This document shows, piece by piece, positions 37,194 to 49,911 of a stretch of DNA of 64,000 bases. Each line of letters opens with the position of its first letter. The first letter of the stretch is position 1. This stretch comes from Yuukianura sp. NJ FZ-2021. Its lineage: Eukaryota. Under the pieces are notes generated by a model. That model was not told where the DNA came from, searched no databases, and worked only from the letters and a program-made list of their open reading frames with translations. The DNA is taken from positions 186,001-250,000 of the forward strand of contig CM102289.1 of the NCBI GenBank assembly GCA_046563655.1. The letters run 5' to 3'. Both the position numbers and the translations under genes were made by a program.

Positions 37194-38393
37194 ATGCTGA
37201 CTTTAGAAGAGTTGAAAGTTACACGAAATTTATTTTGGGTTTTGTCCAAAGTCAGGATTGGTCCGTTTGATTGGACAGGCGACGCTTTAAGCGTTCGCGA
37301 ATGTAGAAAACGCAAGTATTTGTCATCTTGCATTTACTTTTTAAACTGGATTGGATTTGTCCTAGCGCTGGAAACATTTTATACGCTGATTTCGCTCACG
37401 ACTGACCAAGCAGCGTCGTACGCTGAACTGGGCGTGGCTGGATTCGTTGTTGTGGCACATCTCGGAGTATTTACAATGAAAACGACTGTATGGACCAAAC
37501 CAGTTGAATTTGCCACTCTCGTCAACCAAACATTGAACATCAACCACAAATTCGGTAAGAAACGGCAAAAAATTTAACTTTTGAATTTAACTTTTAAAAA
37601 CTTTAACTTTTTTTTAACAGGAATGGAAATTTTTGGCTCAGGATATGGAAAATGTAACAAATTTCGGAGCATGCTGTTTCCAATGATAGAAATTGGCTAC
37701 GCCATGTCAGTAATTGTCGTGTCTTTGTTAACAATCGCGTCTCAGTTTAAATTTACATTGAATTTTGAGCCGTTCAAAATTTTTGAAATTTTTATTTTCT
37801 CATCTGGAATTTTCCTGATCTACGTTGATCATTGGGTCAACGCCAGTTGCATCATAGCCTCAATTTTTGTAACCATGACGACCAAACTATTTTGGATTGA
37901 GTTCATCTCTTCTCCGCTAGATGGCGCTATTACTCTTTCTAAGAAATTCCAAATCTACAAGTCCATCTATACTCTCAACTACATTTTCAACATAGTTTTC
38001 GGTGACCTTTTCATCCCTTTGGTCAAACTGCTAGTTGTTTTGATGATTTTGCTTTTAACACAAGCAGTTATCCGGTTCGGAAGCAGTCTTAATTTGGGCG
38101 TTTACGCTATTTTTGTCTTTCTGCTGTTCATGTGCAGTTGTCTAATTGTGCCCATAGCTGTAGTCATGTCCAGCCTCTACATGTTTTCCCGCCAATTCTT
38201 TGAATCAGTGACCTCAAGGTTGTGTGAAAAGGAAATGGGGTCACAAGAGGTCAAACTGTACAGGTCAGAGGTCAAGTCATGCATAGTCATAAGATGCAAG
38301 GTTGGTCCATTCTATACAATGGAGGGCAAGGCAAAGCTCACTTTGGTCGATACAATTATTCACGGCGTCGTCTTCTTGCTTGTTTCTTCCTAG
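37194..38393 (+). CDS. Divergent multi-pass chemoreceptor-like (gustatory receptor-like) protein, 2 exons
   Basis: About 375 aa, 6-7 hydrophobic segments, C-terminal CKVGPFYTMEGKAKLTLVDTIIHGVVFLLV. Confidence 0.6.
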
Positions 38394-39146
38394 AAATTGA
38401 AATTAGAAAAATCTGGAAAAAATTAGATTTAGAAATTGGAAAGCAAAATTAGAGAAATGTAGAAATTAAAATTAGGTCTCGAAATTAGAAAGCAAAAGTA
38501 CAGAAGTCTGGGAATTTAATTTTTGTAGAATTTAGAATTTCATCACGCGTAGTTGAATTAAAAGTTAATGATGTTTACAATTAAGATTTAATTAAGATAT
38601 TGTTTAACTTCATTGCTTACACAATCACTTCAAAGAAAGTCTAAAATTCGCTTAAAGTGTCCATTCGTCTTTCAAAAATGACCTTCAAAAAATTCCAGAC
38701 ACTGTTTATGGCGTGATTGTTTGTCAAAAAGTAATGAGGTTAAGAAATTTGGACTTCTGGCAGTAGTTGTAAATAGTGTGCAAAAAAATGCATTTTTTTT
38801 TCAACTGTGGATGTTAAGACATTTATGGAGTCGTAAAATTGTGGTTAAATTATGAGGCTCCGGAGCTGAGAAACCTAAAAATATCAACTCTCACCAGACA
38901 ATAGTTAAAAGCCGCCTCTTCCCACAACATTTTAATAGTTTTAATCAGAATTGCAATTAAAAAAAATCTAACTGTAGTTAAGTCTGTTGAAAGTTAAGTT
39001 GCTTCAAAGTTTCAATTCAACTTCTGTTTCAGTCCAAGTTACACTTAATTCCATATTTCTCCAAACTTTTAAGTTTCAAGTATTTTTCCAAGTCCAAAAT
39101 TCAAACCTAAACTTCTGAATTAAAAATCACAAAACAAAGTTTCAAA

Positions 39147-40074
39147 ATGTTCAAAATTTTCTTTCTTCTGGCTTTTATTTTCCAATTTTCGTACTCCCTT
39201 GACACTTCACAGTACGATGAAGGCACTTCACTCGTTCCGCATCTTGCAAAAGTTGATCTCCAATGGGTGAGTTCAAAACGTTAAATTTTTCAAAACTACA
39301 ACAATGTTAAAAATTTCTTCAAACTCAAAAATTGAGAATTTAACAGTTTTTTGAAAGTATTGCAAGCAAAAACTTGAATGAATAAAAATTATTAAATTTT
39401 AATTTATTAAGTAGCGAAAGCTACTTTATGCTTCGTCCTTGTCTGTCTGTCTGTCTGGCACTCCGTTAATTTTGTTTTTTTAACTTTAGTTGTTCAGCGT
39501 CTCTTCGTGGAACTTTTTGGCAGGAAGTAAGTACGGATTCTACCGGTTTGCGAAATCGTTCAACCTGAAAAGCGTCGATGAATTGTCGGAGAATGATCTT
39601 CTGAACCAATGCATCACCACTAAATTGTCAGACAAGGGCGTGGTCACTTTGAACGCTTTTGGGAAAAAAGTGGAGTACAAACTCACCTTGAACGGCAACA
39701 ACCCTGCTATCATCCACTGGAGACTTATCGATGCCGAACAAGGTTCGAAATTCTAAAATCCGCCAAAATTTTGAAACATTCTTTCGTAGAATTTAAAAAA
39801 AATGAATCTTTGAATGTGTTTAGAGTCGGACCAAACTGTTGGCGTGTCTTATGTCGTTTTGACTGACAACAAAACGTACTTTGCGACCCTCCAGTACTGG
39901 GACTACTCTCGGATTGGTTGGTTGGTCATGAGCACTCAAAAGACAGTGAGCGCTGAACTGTTGAAGGAAATCGAAAAAACGATGATTCCGTACGGATTCG
40001 ACATGGACAAAGCATTTTTCAAGGATTTCAACAAGTGCCCTCTGCCGGACAAAAAAGAAAAACAAGAGTTGTAA
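39147..40074 (+). CDS. Secreted lipocalin/calycin-like protein (3 exons)
   Basis: Signal peptide MFKIFFLLAFIFQFSYS; SCR2-like VVLTDNKTY; SCR3-like WLVMSTQKTVSAELL; terminal Cys. Confidence 0.6.
39404..39460 (+). repeat. Helentron/DINE-1-like repeat head in an intron
   Basis: TTATTAAGTAGCGAAAGCTACTTTATGCTTCGTCCTTGTCTGTCTGTCTGTC. Confidence 0.45.
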
Positions 40075-40431
40075 CCAGCAGCATTTCCAAAAAGCGCCGT
40101 TTTTTTCAAAAAGTTAATTTCTGCAACAATTTTTTTTTCGTTTTTAAAACGAAAATATTTAGTAGTTGATTAAAATCATGTGTAGTAAGATTTGTAGTGG
40201 ATTAAAAACATGATAGTGACACAAAGACGTCTTCATTTTAAAATTATAACTGAACATACGCTCAAAGGTTTGACTAACACTTAATTCTAGCCTGTTTTCA
40301 CTTAAATTTAGCCTCTTTTAACTTAGTTTTAGCCCGTTTTAACTTAATTTTAAAACAGTTTTGACTGGTTTTAACATTTAGTGAAAGTATTTCCCGTAAA
40401 CTAAGTTTTTTTTCCTAGGATTGTGTGAACG

Positions 40432-43263
40432 TTACATGGATTCATTCACTTTTGTAGCTTTGTCTCTTCCACTCTTTTCTTCTGTTGGTCTGTTTGGGTA
40501 GAGTTTGAGGTTGCCCAGGGTGACACTCTTTGGTTTTTCTGTTTTCCGTTTCCACAAGTCAAGGAGGTTGAGTCTCCCAGTTCCATTTTCATCAGTACGC
40601 AGGCGTTTGGCAGTATTTTGTGCTGGAGGTGGAGATGCTGGGGAGTCCGTGAGGAGGGGCATGCTGGACAAGTTCATCGGAGTGTTGCCAGCATTTCCTT
40701 TCCCTCCACCCTCAGCATTTCGACAAGTCAGGAAGCATTCCAGCACTTTCTGGTGTACTTCGGAGTGGAGGTTCCCTCTCAGAAAAAGCTCAAGTTCATT
40801 GTACAAGCTCCTCCACTGCTCATCTCTACAAATGTAAAAATGTAAAAGCGTAAATACGTAAACACGTAAATATGTAAACTGTAAAAGCGTAAGTTGACTG
40901 GTTACCGCTTGCCTTTCTTGTGATGAGGGGAAGGAATTGGTGGTGGTTCTCCTCTGGCTTCGATGGCAATGAGTGCAAATATTTTGGATTCCACTTCCAG
41001 CCTCTCTGGTTCTGTCAACGTGTCCTGCTGCATCATGCTCACAATGGAGTCTACATACTGCAAAACACAATTTAATTAGTTAATTGTGAAGTTAATTAAA
41101 TTAACATAACTTAAGTTTACGTTTTGTATGTTTTGTTACCATGGAAACGGAGAAGAGAATGGAGCTGCCCATGGTGAGTGGCCAGAAAGCAGTTTTTCTG
41201 TTCAGTCTCTGTTTCGTCAACTCCAGTGGAGTTGCTTTATTGTTCGAATTCTGCACAGAACTGGACGGACGTCGTGAGCGTTTCCTGTGATGCTGATCTT
41301 GTGCTGGTCCAGAAACAGACGGATGAGGAACAAGGACATTCATGCGCATGAATTCCACAAAATCCTGAAACCAACAAAAAACTTCAGCAGTTTCTCCAAT
41401 AAGGTTCCACAATTTCAAAATCTGGTTTTCAAAATTTCGAAATTTTATTACTGGTATTCGGTAATCTGTGACTCTTCCACCGATTCCTTCGGAAATGGAC
41501 GGCGGATCCTCCAGAATATTGCGAGAAGTTTCCAAAATGTGCATCCAGATTTCTCCCGCGTGGGCAGTGAGGACATGCGAAATGGATTTTCCTGTGAAAA
41601 GTTTAATTAAATATCAATTAATTATTCATCAATTAATTGATTGTTAATTAGCATTCAATTGTCAAATAACCACAGAAAAATTACCCTTTTTGGGCATATC
41701 CAACCAGACAGACCGCCCTGCCAGAACAAAGTTGCTCAAACACGTTGACGGTCGGCTGTTTCAAAAAAAAAAGTTTCCAATTTAAAATTTTTTCAAAATT
41801 TTTTATGAAAAACTGTTTTGTATCATGATTTGCCTATTGACATCTACTGGAGTAATTCGACAGGCAGAGCTACAGGGATGCGTAGTTCCGAGTCCAGGTC
41901 CCTTGTGGGCAGTTGGCGTGGACCACTTCAGAGTTGTAGTTTCGTTACCTTCAAAACCAAAAACGAAATTTTCAAGAGTTTCAAAATTTTGAAACTTGAA
42001 ATTGAAGTAAGAAAGTATACTTGTTGTGGGCATGCGTGGATGAAACAGTGGAACGTCGTAGTTTGAAGACGAAGTGGAATTCTGTTCTTCCTTCATCGGG
42101 ATTCCAGTTATGGTGGTCACCACAAGTTCGTGCTGTCGCATGATCCTGGTGAAACATTGTAAAAAGTAATTAAGTCAAGATAATTAAGGTTGATCAATTA
42201 ATATTGTGCTACTTACAAATCTACTACCCTGTCGTACAGATTGTCTGCCCCACACACCCAAACTTCGGATTTGACTGTCGATGACAACTGGAAGTGAGAA
42301 CAAAAAAATCATTTTTTGAAGTTATTTCAAACATGAAAAGTTTTTTGTGTTACATCACTGCCTGTAGTAGTTGTAATGCGTGCTTTCCGTTCCTGTCCTG
42401 CCGGACATACACAGACCAACACAAATTCACATTCATGTATGGGAAGAACACTGTGGAACAACAGATCAAACTTTAATTTTAATAAAAAATTTAACGTTTT
42501 AAAGTTTGTTTACCCGTCAGCCAAGGCATCTGTTTTGTTATGATGATTCAAAACACTGCGGAATAAATCTTGCAAGTCCGATTCAGCATGGTATGAAGTA
42601 AAGCAAATGACTCGCCCTTTGTTCACAACCTGACAGAAACAAAAATTTAGAATTAACGTTTGAAAAACGTACGGGTCGAAGGTCAGGTTTTCATACGCTA
42701 GGAAATCGTTTAATTGCTGACCTTTGAATAATATGCTGACTTCATGGTCTGTAGTTGTGCTTCTGTGGGATCCCCAAGCGCTGCAACTGCTGACTTCATC
42801 CCCACCTCCACTTTTCCAACATTCTTGAGCGGTTGACCCGATTTCGCAAAAGCCTCTCCAAGCTATTCCAAAAAGAAAGGTCAAATGTCAATTAGGTAGA
42901 GTTAATTGAGTGATTAATTAAGCTAATTGAAGTTGAGTCACTTACGAAAGTGACATTTTGATGAGTCTTCTCCCACCCATTGAGAGTCTCAGTGCTCTGT
43001 GGATTTGAGAGTAGAATGCGGATGAGTCGGTGGTCCGAGAAGACATCCCACAGTATCCTGGCGTACTCCAACGTATTCTCAACGACACACGTCCACAGTG
43101 ACTTGCTCGTGGGGGCGATGAAGCTGGGACAGAACTGCTGACCTTGACCTGACCTCGCATTGCCTCTACTGGTTGAATCCAAATCCAAAGGAATCCCACA
43201 TGACTCTCGCATCTGATACGTGTGGTCCAGCAGAAATACTGTTTTGTGGAACCTCTCTCCCAT
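40432..43263 (-). CDS. asun: Asunder / Integrator complex subunit 13
   Basis: HKTVFLLDH, KSLWTCVVENTLEYARILWDVF, NKGRVICFTS, YDVPLFH, RITPVDVNSRPSTCLSNFVLAGRSVWL, PPSISEGIGGRVTDYRI, RDEQWRSLYNELE. Confidence 0.93.
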
Positions 43264-43415
43264 CTCACCAACTCAAACTAACAACGGTACATGTCAAAGT
43301 TCAAGCGATAATTAACTAATTCATTAATTAATCAATCGAAAAAGAAAAGAAAACAAACTTACAATCCGCTTTTTGGCTGGAGCAAGGTCCAAAGACTGTT
43401 TTTGCATACGTACAA

Positions 43416-43550
43416 TGTAGCTAACTACTAACTCGGTTGCCACAACGTATAGTGAGAATTTGTGACAACTTTTGCTGCCACTTTAGCTTAGATGAAGTGG
43501 CTACATGTGTTGCCACTCATATGTAGCCACCTATTGTAGCCACAAAAGAT
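43416..43550 (-). promoter_or_regulatory. GTGGCWAC motif cluster upstream of asunder
   Basis: Quasi-palindrome GTGGCTACATGTGTTGCCAC plus TGTAGCCAC repeats; homologous to the cluster upstream of rogdi. Confidence 0.45.
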
Positions 43551-44119
43551 GGACACAGCCCTACGCTCTACGGGTACAATAGTGTTCTCTAATCCTTACA
43601 GGATCTTTTTATTTTACTTTGGGTTGAAGTAAACAAAATGGACATTATTGTACCTTCACAGCTCCAGCATATTTGTAAACCACCTTGTAGATCTGTTTTG
43701 TGTTTATAATGCTACAGTTATTTTTAGTTAAACATGAGTGTACTTAAAAATGTAATGACTATTTGAAACTAACGGATTGATCATAATTATATCATCGGCG
43801 GTGACACTGCATGGTTAAAACAACTACAATTTTGGCTTATTCTTTTCACACATTTGTAATGGGGATGTCTAATCCTCAGAAAAAAATGTGAAACCACAGG
43901 TAGTTAGTAACACATCGCGACTCGCGATTCGCGAGGTAAAAGTGTAATTGTAAATTAAATTAATCTACCACCAAATTATTCCAGATCTGACCGATTCCAA
44001 ATAAAACGAGTGCGTTTATTGTCGTATTTAACGATCATTCTGCTAAATTAAATTCTAACGACCCAGCAATCGAAGCACTTTGACTAAAACTACAATAATT
44101 TTCAGTTGCTGAGTGAGCC

Positions 44120-45070
44120 TCAGTTGAGGCTTTTGATTTCCTGTTGGACGAGTGTGACGGCATCATTCGCAGTGACGAGAATTGGGCCACTTGCAGCATC
44201 CATGCCAGTTTTCATTTGATCCACGATTGTGCGAATCTTGGCTTCGTTTGCTCCGATGTCTCCGACGAGGGGAACCAATTGGGTTATGCCCTTCACGTAC
44301 ACTTGGGCAGCATCATCCAAAGTATCTCGAGCAAGCAGAATTTTGTCCTGCAAGTTGGCGAAATCTCTCACCAAGGTTCTAGCTAGTTCTGACCGCCTAA
44401 GACAGAACGACGCAAGATTAACAATGGCTTTACATCAATTATCAATTAAACTTGTATCAATTGAACTCACTCTCCAGCAGGAATGGATTCGAGGTATTCC
44501 TTAAGTCGAAGTTTGAACCAAAGTCCAGCTCCGTTCTGCAAGTAGTAAGACTTGTTGTCTCTTTTCCCATTGATGTATGACATGGTCGTCTTCAACTTGA
44601 TTTTGTCCAGCCAGCTAGGATCTCTCGTCCACTGGACGAAACTGTCAATCAAGTAGGTCAATCTTGGAACGAGGACTTTTGTATTCTCGTTGGCATCAAT
44701 GACCTGAGTCAAGACGGATCTCAACTGAGCCTTCACTGCTTCATTTACATTGTCTCCACTCTTGAGTCCTTCGACGATTGGGCCAAAGGCGGTCAAGTCC
44801 TTCTTGGCATTGGACACTCCAGTGAGATACCACTTCCGAGCATCCGCTGTCATCGCACTCACGTCAGGAGGAACATAAATGTCACGGTCCACAGACATGC
44901 TTGTATTCACTGCCGCTGGAAATTCAAACAAAAGTTCGAATTAGTTTAGTTTTTCAAGCGAAATGAAACGATTCGTTTTTGTTTCGTTTTGGCTTACAGG
45001 TTGCTCGGACGGTAGAGGAGAAGAAGCAGATGGGAAGGAGTATAAGGGACGAAATGGATTTCATTTTCAT
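44120..45070 (-). CDS. Secreted alpha-helical protein of unknown family (3 exons)
   Basis: Signal peptide MKMKSISSLILLPICFFSSTVRA; two long exons with amphipathic helical pattern; ends QEIKSLN*. Confidence 0.7.
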
Positions 45071-46454
45071 TGTCAAGGAAGGAATTAATTGACGATTAAC
45101 ACCACCACCACCTAAAATTGTGTTTCACAAAGAAGTATGTTAGAAGTAAGATTTTGGAATTGGATTGAGCAACTGCAACTGTTGGTTGAATTCTTACTTG
45201 AGTAGTTGAGTTTGAATTTATTGCTGATTGTAGGAGAATCTGAGTCACTTATCCCATCCTTAGCAAGGACAACAACAACCAGATACCACTTTCAGAGTTG
45301 CGTTTCAACTGCATGCACTATTCGCTGATTCATGGAAAAATGTTTACATTTTTATTCCTAATTTCTATTTTTTATAAAAAGTTGTTTTTTGTTGACATTT
45401 ATTTCGTATTTGCGGTTGGAGTAAGGCTAACGATTCTACGTGTAACAAATAGCCACCAAGAGACTATCATAAGTGGCTACTCTGCTCGGCTATTTGTGTT
45501 GCTGGTTGGATAATATGTGGCTATGATTAAAGTGGCTACAAATGTTGCCACTGAGGTGTTATAGCTTAATATGGCTACAGTAGTTACTCAGCGGTTACAA
45601 TACATATTACTAATCCTTAGACAACTTGTAATTTAAAAGATATTGGTTGAAGTGGCGCCAAAATTATTCAAAAATATCAAAAGACGCCACTCCTGGTGAT
45701 GCTCTTATGGACATGAAAAATATTGTTTGCAACAATAGGCTTTTCTGTATTAATTCTGCTTAATTCTTATTGTTTCTCAAAATCTACTTTATGAATTGGC
45801 CTTCTTCGTCTGTCTGTCCGAAAAACAATTTTGGCATATTGATTGATCCCGTTTTACTCTTTTTGAGACACAAAACACAATGAAACTGATTAAGTCAATG
45901 GATGATTTAAAAAGTGGCATTATTCTAAAGGGAATTCGATGCTTTGCATGACATCAAGATCGCACCACTCATGAAAAACCGAATCGTGACAGGAAAACAT
46001 TTCCAATTTGTGTTCAATTTTGTGAGTAAAGACAATTTGTAGTAAAGGAAATTCCTGCTGGAGAGCTAGAAAACCCTGGCGTGTTTGTTTACCTAAGTGG
46101 ACGAGGAAATGAAAAAAAAAGAAGCAACTAAAAAATTGGCACACTTTTTGTTAAATATCTCAACTGTGGGAATTGTATATAAAATTTCACTTTCGTCTGC
46201 AACACAAGGTGGATTTCCTCTCTATTTTTTATAAAAGTTATTGTGCGTCGCATGAAAGTGTAAGTATTTGCAAAATTCCCCGAGGCACTTTGCAACTTAC
46301 GCAAGGTCACTTCAATAGGTCATCTCATTGTCATCATACTTCAGTTCCCAGCAGACGCTCAACTAAGAAACACAAAAAGTCTATCAAGTACTGCATAAAT
46401 TTTTAAAATTTCGACATTTTATCATTTAAAAAACATTTCCGCATTTGGATAACC

Positions 46455-46910
46455 ATGAGACAGTGGTTGAAGTTGTTCCTTTTTGTTGTGACTTTGATTG
46501 GATCGGGAGCACTGGAAATTGAGGATCGGTGTGATCCGAGTCGCGGGAGTTACAACACGCAGGATCGGGGTGAATTTGACTACAGCCGATGCGACGCCCG
46601 TAAAGGTTTGTTCTGTAACGAGTATTCACGCTGTTCCTGCTACGTGACAGACTCGTACTACGACTACCACTATGGCCGATGCATCGCCAAAGTGGGCCAC
46701 CCCTGTAAAGCCAGTCACACATTCACTATTCCGTGTGGAGTGAATGCAGAGTGTCCCTATGACACTGGATTCTGCCAATGTCGCCATGGATACTTCCCTA
46801 CCTACGACGGCAGAGCATGCACAAACGGAGGGAAACTCATGACCCATGACCTCCTCAGTCTCACTACTTCAGTATTTACCCTGCTCATTCTCCACTTCAA
46901 AGTGTTGTAG
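46455..46910 (+). CDS. Small Cys-rich EB/EGF-like surface protein, probably GPI-anchored
   Basis: Signal peptide; CIAKVGHPC...CGVNAEC...GFCQCRHGYFPTYDGRAC; hydrophobic C-terminus. Confidence 0.8.
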   Translation: MRQWLKLFLFVVTLIGSGALEIEDRCDPSRGSYNTQDRGEFDYSRCDARKGLFCNEYSRCSCYVTDSYYDYHYGRCIAKVGHPCKASHTFTIPCGVNAECPYDTGFCQCRHGYFPTYDGRACTNGGKLMTHDLLSLTTSVFTLLILHFKVL

Positions 46911-47424
46911 AACGAGAGAAATTTAGAAATTTAGAAATTTTTCTTGCTGGAATATGCTTGCTTTTGGTACAAACATTTTCTCTCAATATTGTATTTGTAT
47001 GTCAAATATTTTGAGAACATATTTTTCGAAAAATAAATATGTTTAAACAACTTTAGAGTTACTTTTTTGAAATCGTACTCGGCGATGCCAATCTCTTTTT
47101 CATGCAAAAAAAAACTTGTCACACGACTTTTTTTTTCATTACTTTAATCCATTTTTTTAAAGAAACTTCTTGAAATTGTAAACAAAAATTACAAGTTGTG
47201 TCTCTCAAGAGTTGACCTTCCAGTGCCTAGCAAGATGCTAGAGATTGAAGATGTGGTTGAAAACTGGTTCAAACTGGTGCACTTCAACTGTAGATACACG
47301 GTATTTTTACTATATATTTACTTTTTATTAGTAAATACTTACTATTTTCTACTACATATTCAATATTTTACATTATATATTTTACTATTCCCTTGGGTCA
47401 AAGGTCATCTGAAAACGTTCAAAT

Positions 47425-49439
47425 ATGAAGCCTTGTTTCGGACTTTCGCTCCAAACTGGTGTTCTGTTCATTGCCATTCTTGACATTGTGAGATCTTTAA
47501 AATGTGTTTTAAATACAACTGATTTATTTATTATATTATTTAATTATGTATAGTTTTATTCATTTTAATTTAGATTAATTCAGTGGTGATAATAGTTGTG
47601 ATAAGTGTACAAACGTCGTACTCTGGTCAATGGGTGGTCATAGGCCTTGAGACTGCAAATATCCTCTTCGGTTGTGTTTTGGCCCAAGGAGCCTCCAAGG
47701 TGACAAAATTTTGAAACTTCCAAATTTTGAAGTTTATCCAAATTTCAAAAATTCCGTTCAAAATTTTGATCTTTTAGCGCTGCATGGTGATTTGCAAGTG
47801 TTGGGTGGTGTACACAGTGTTCCAGTCACTCACTCTCACATCCCACATAGCGTATCAGTTGGTTGTCCACTTCTCAGACCAAAACGCAGAGCAGGATCCC
47901 GAAGAACTGACTGTAACTTTTGCGTACATCTTTGTGTACAAAGCATACGCCATCTACGTCACGCTCAAATTCATCGCAGAAGTCCACAAATTCGGAGGAC
48001 TGAATGATGTTTTAGTCCATCTTTCGGATAAAGACGTCGAAGATTTCCTGTACGGCACTCTCGCAGAAGATGACGCCTCTGACGCAAGGCCTCAACGAAG
48101 CTCCGCCCCTTTGCGAACAGTCTACGACAAAAAGTACGAAATCAGTCTCCAACAACTCCAAATAGGTAAATTTTACAATCTGTTCAGTTGCAAAAAGAGA
48201 GAAAAAATTCTCTTTCTTCTATTTTTTTTTCTTTCTTACAATATACAGTCGCTGCAAACGATTTCATGAGTTCTTGCAATATTTTAGTTTTAGTTTCAAA
48301 ATTTGAAGAAGAAACTGTTTTTGATTTGGTTAGAACGGACGTTACTTGGAAGTGGAAAGTACGGAAGAATTTACTGCGGGAATCTTTTAACTCCTGCTTT
48401 TCAACAAAAACGGAAAGGAGAAAGTGGCACCGAAACTGTGATTTCGTTTGAACGCAAACGAGTGGCAGTGAAAACTTTGGAAAATTCAAAAGCGGATTTG
48501 ATTTATTTCAAATCACTTTTATCTGAATTGAAAATCATGATTTACCTTGGAGAACATCCGAACATCGTCACTCTTCATGGAGTATGCACTGCCGAAATAC
48601 ACAAAAGTAATGCAAATTTCAAAATTTAGAACAAATTTTGAAAATCTAAAAACTTCCAACTTTTCCATTTTCAGAAAATTTATGGATTGTTCTTGAACTG
48701 TGTGAATTTGGCAGTCTGCACCGGTTTCTTCACACTTTTGAAGGCATCAGAGATTTAGATTTTGAAAACCCGTTGCCTAGCAACCACAATTTTTTGTGTT
48801 TAGCAGAAATTTACAAATGGGCAGCACAAATGGCTGATGCCTTGCAGTACATGGAGACTAAACATGTCGTCCATGGCGACATTAGCACCAGAAACGTCCT
48901 GGTCGCCAGCGACAGAAATGTCAAGATCTCAGATTTCGGATTATCCAGAAAACTAATGCAAGCACAAAGTCAGAGTGAATGGGAAGACGTAATTTCACGA
49001 AAACAAAAATTTCCAAATTAGTTGTATTGGAAATTTTCAAAATTTTGAAATTTTTAAGGTTCCTCTTCCCTGGAGGTGGATGGCCATAGAGAGTCTACAG
49101 TCGTTGAAATTTAGTTCAAAATCGGACGTTTGGTCCTACGCAGTCGCACTCTGGGAAATTTTTACGCTTGGACAAACGCCATTTTCAGGAGCATCTTGGA
49201 ACGTTGAATTTATTAAACAACTAGCAATGGGGTGCAGACTCAACAAGCCAAAGGAATGTCCACCTGAAATGTGATTTGAATTTTGATTTTTTTTTTAATT
49301 TTAGTTTCATTTTTCAAAATTTTGAGTTTTGGTTGATTGTAGTTACGACGTAATGCTCAGATGCTGGAAACGCCACCCCTGTAAACGACCATCTTTTGCA
49401 GAGCTGAGTGTCCAATTTCAAAATTATCCTAAAAATTAA
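47425..49439 (+). CDS. Tyrosine kinase (PVR/VEGFR-like domain) with an N-terminal four-TM LAPTM/DUF4728-like module
   Basis: MKPCFGLSLQTGVLFIAILDI plus 3 further TMs, spliced in frame to LGSGKYG, VAVK, SELKIMIYLGEHPNIV, HGDISTRNVL, DFG, LPWRWMAIES, SDVWSY. Confidence 0.85.
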
Positions 49440-49911
49440 CCCAAATTCTTTTCATTTGCCCAAAAAGTTAAACTTTTTCTTGTAAGAAATCAACAAAGAA
49501 GCTTTTGTTGTGACCTCTTGCGTCTAATTGCTATGTGTTTGCATGAAATTGTTAGGTTAGCATGCGTAACGTCTTTCCAAATGACAAAACTCGTACAATA
49601 TTTTTTAGTGCTGAATTCCATTTTGATGATGAGACTTTTAGTCAATCCAAATGTTCAATTTTTATATTCTTGCAATTCACTTTTCAAATCAACCTCCATT
49701 CTATGTCGTTCATTCATCCAAATGTATCACACACAAAACCTCCAATTCTTAAAATGGGTTGGAATCGTTTTCTCTTTGTCATTCTGCGTCAGGAGACAGG
49801 AGTCAAAACAATTTTGGAGTCACGAGTCGGAAGAATCTAGGAGTCAAGAGTCAGAATAATAAAAAAAAACCGAGAGTCAGGAAGTAAAAAGTTCAAAGAG
49901 TCAGGAGAGAC

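Noticed and set aside
49790..49910. Scattered GAGTCA repeats before the ammonium transporter
   Set aside because: Low-complexity remnant; no evidence for function
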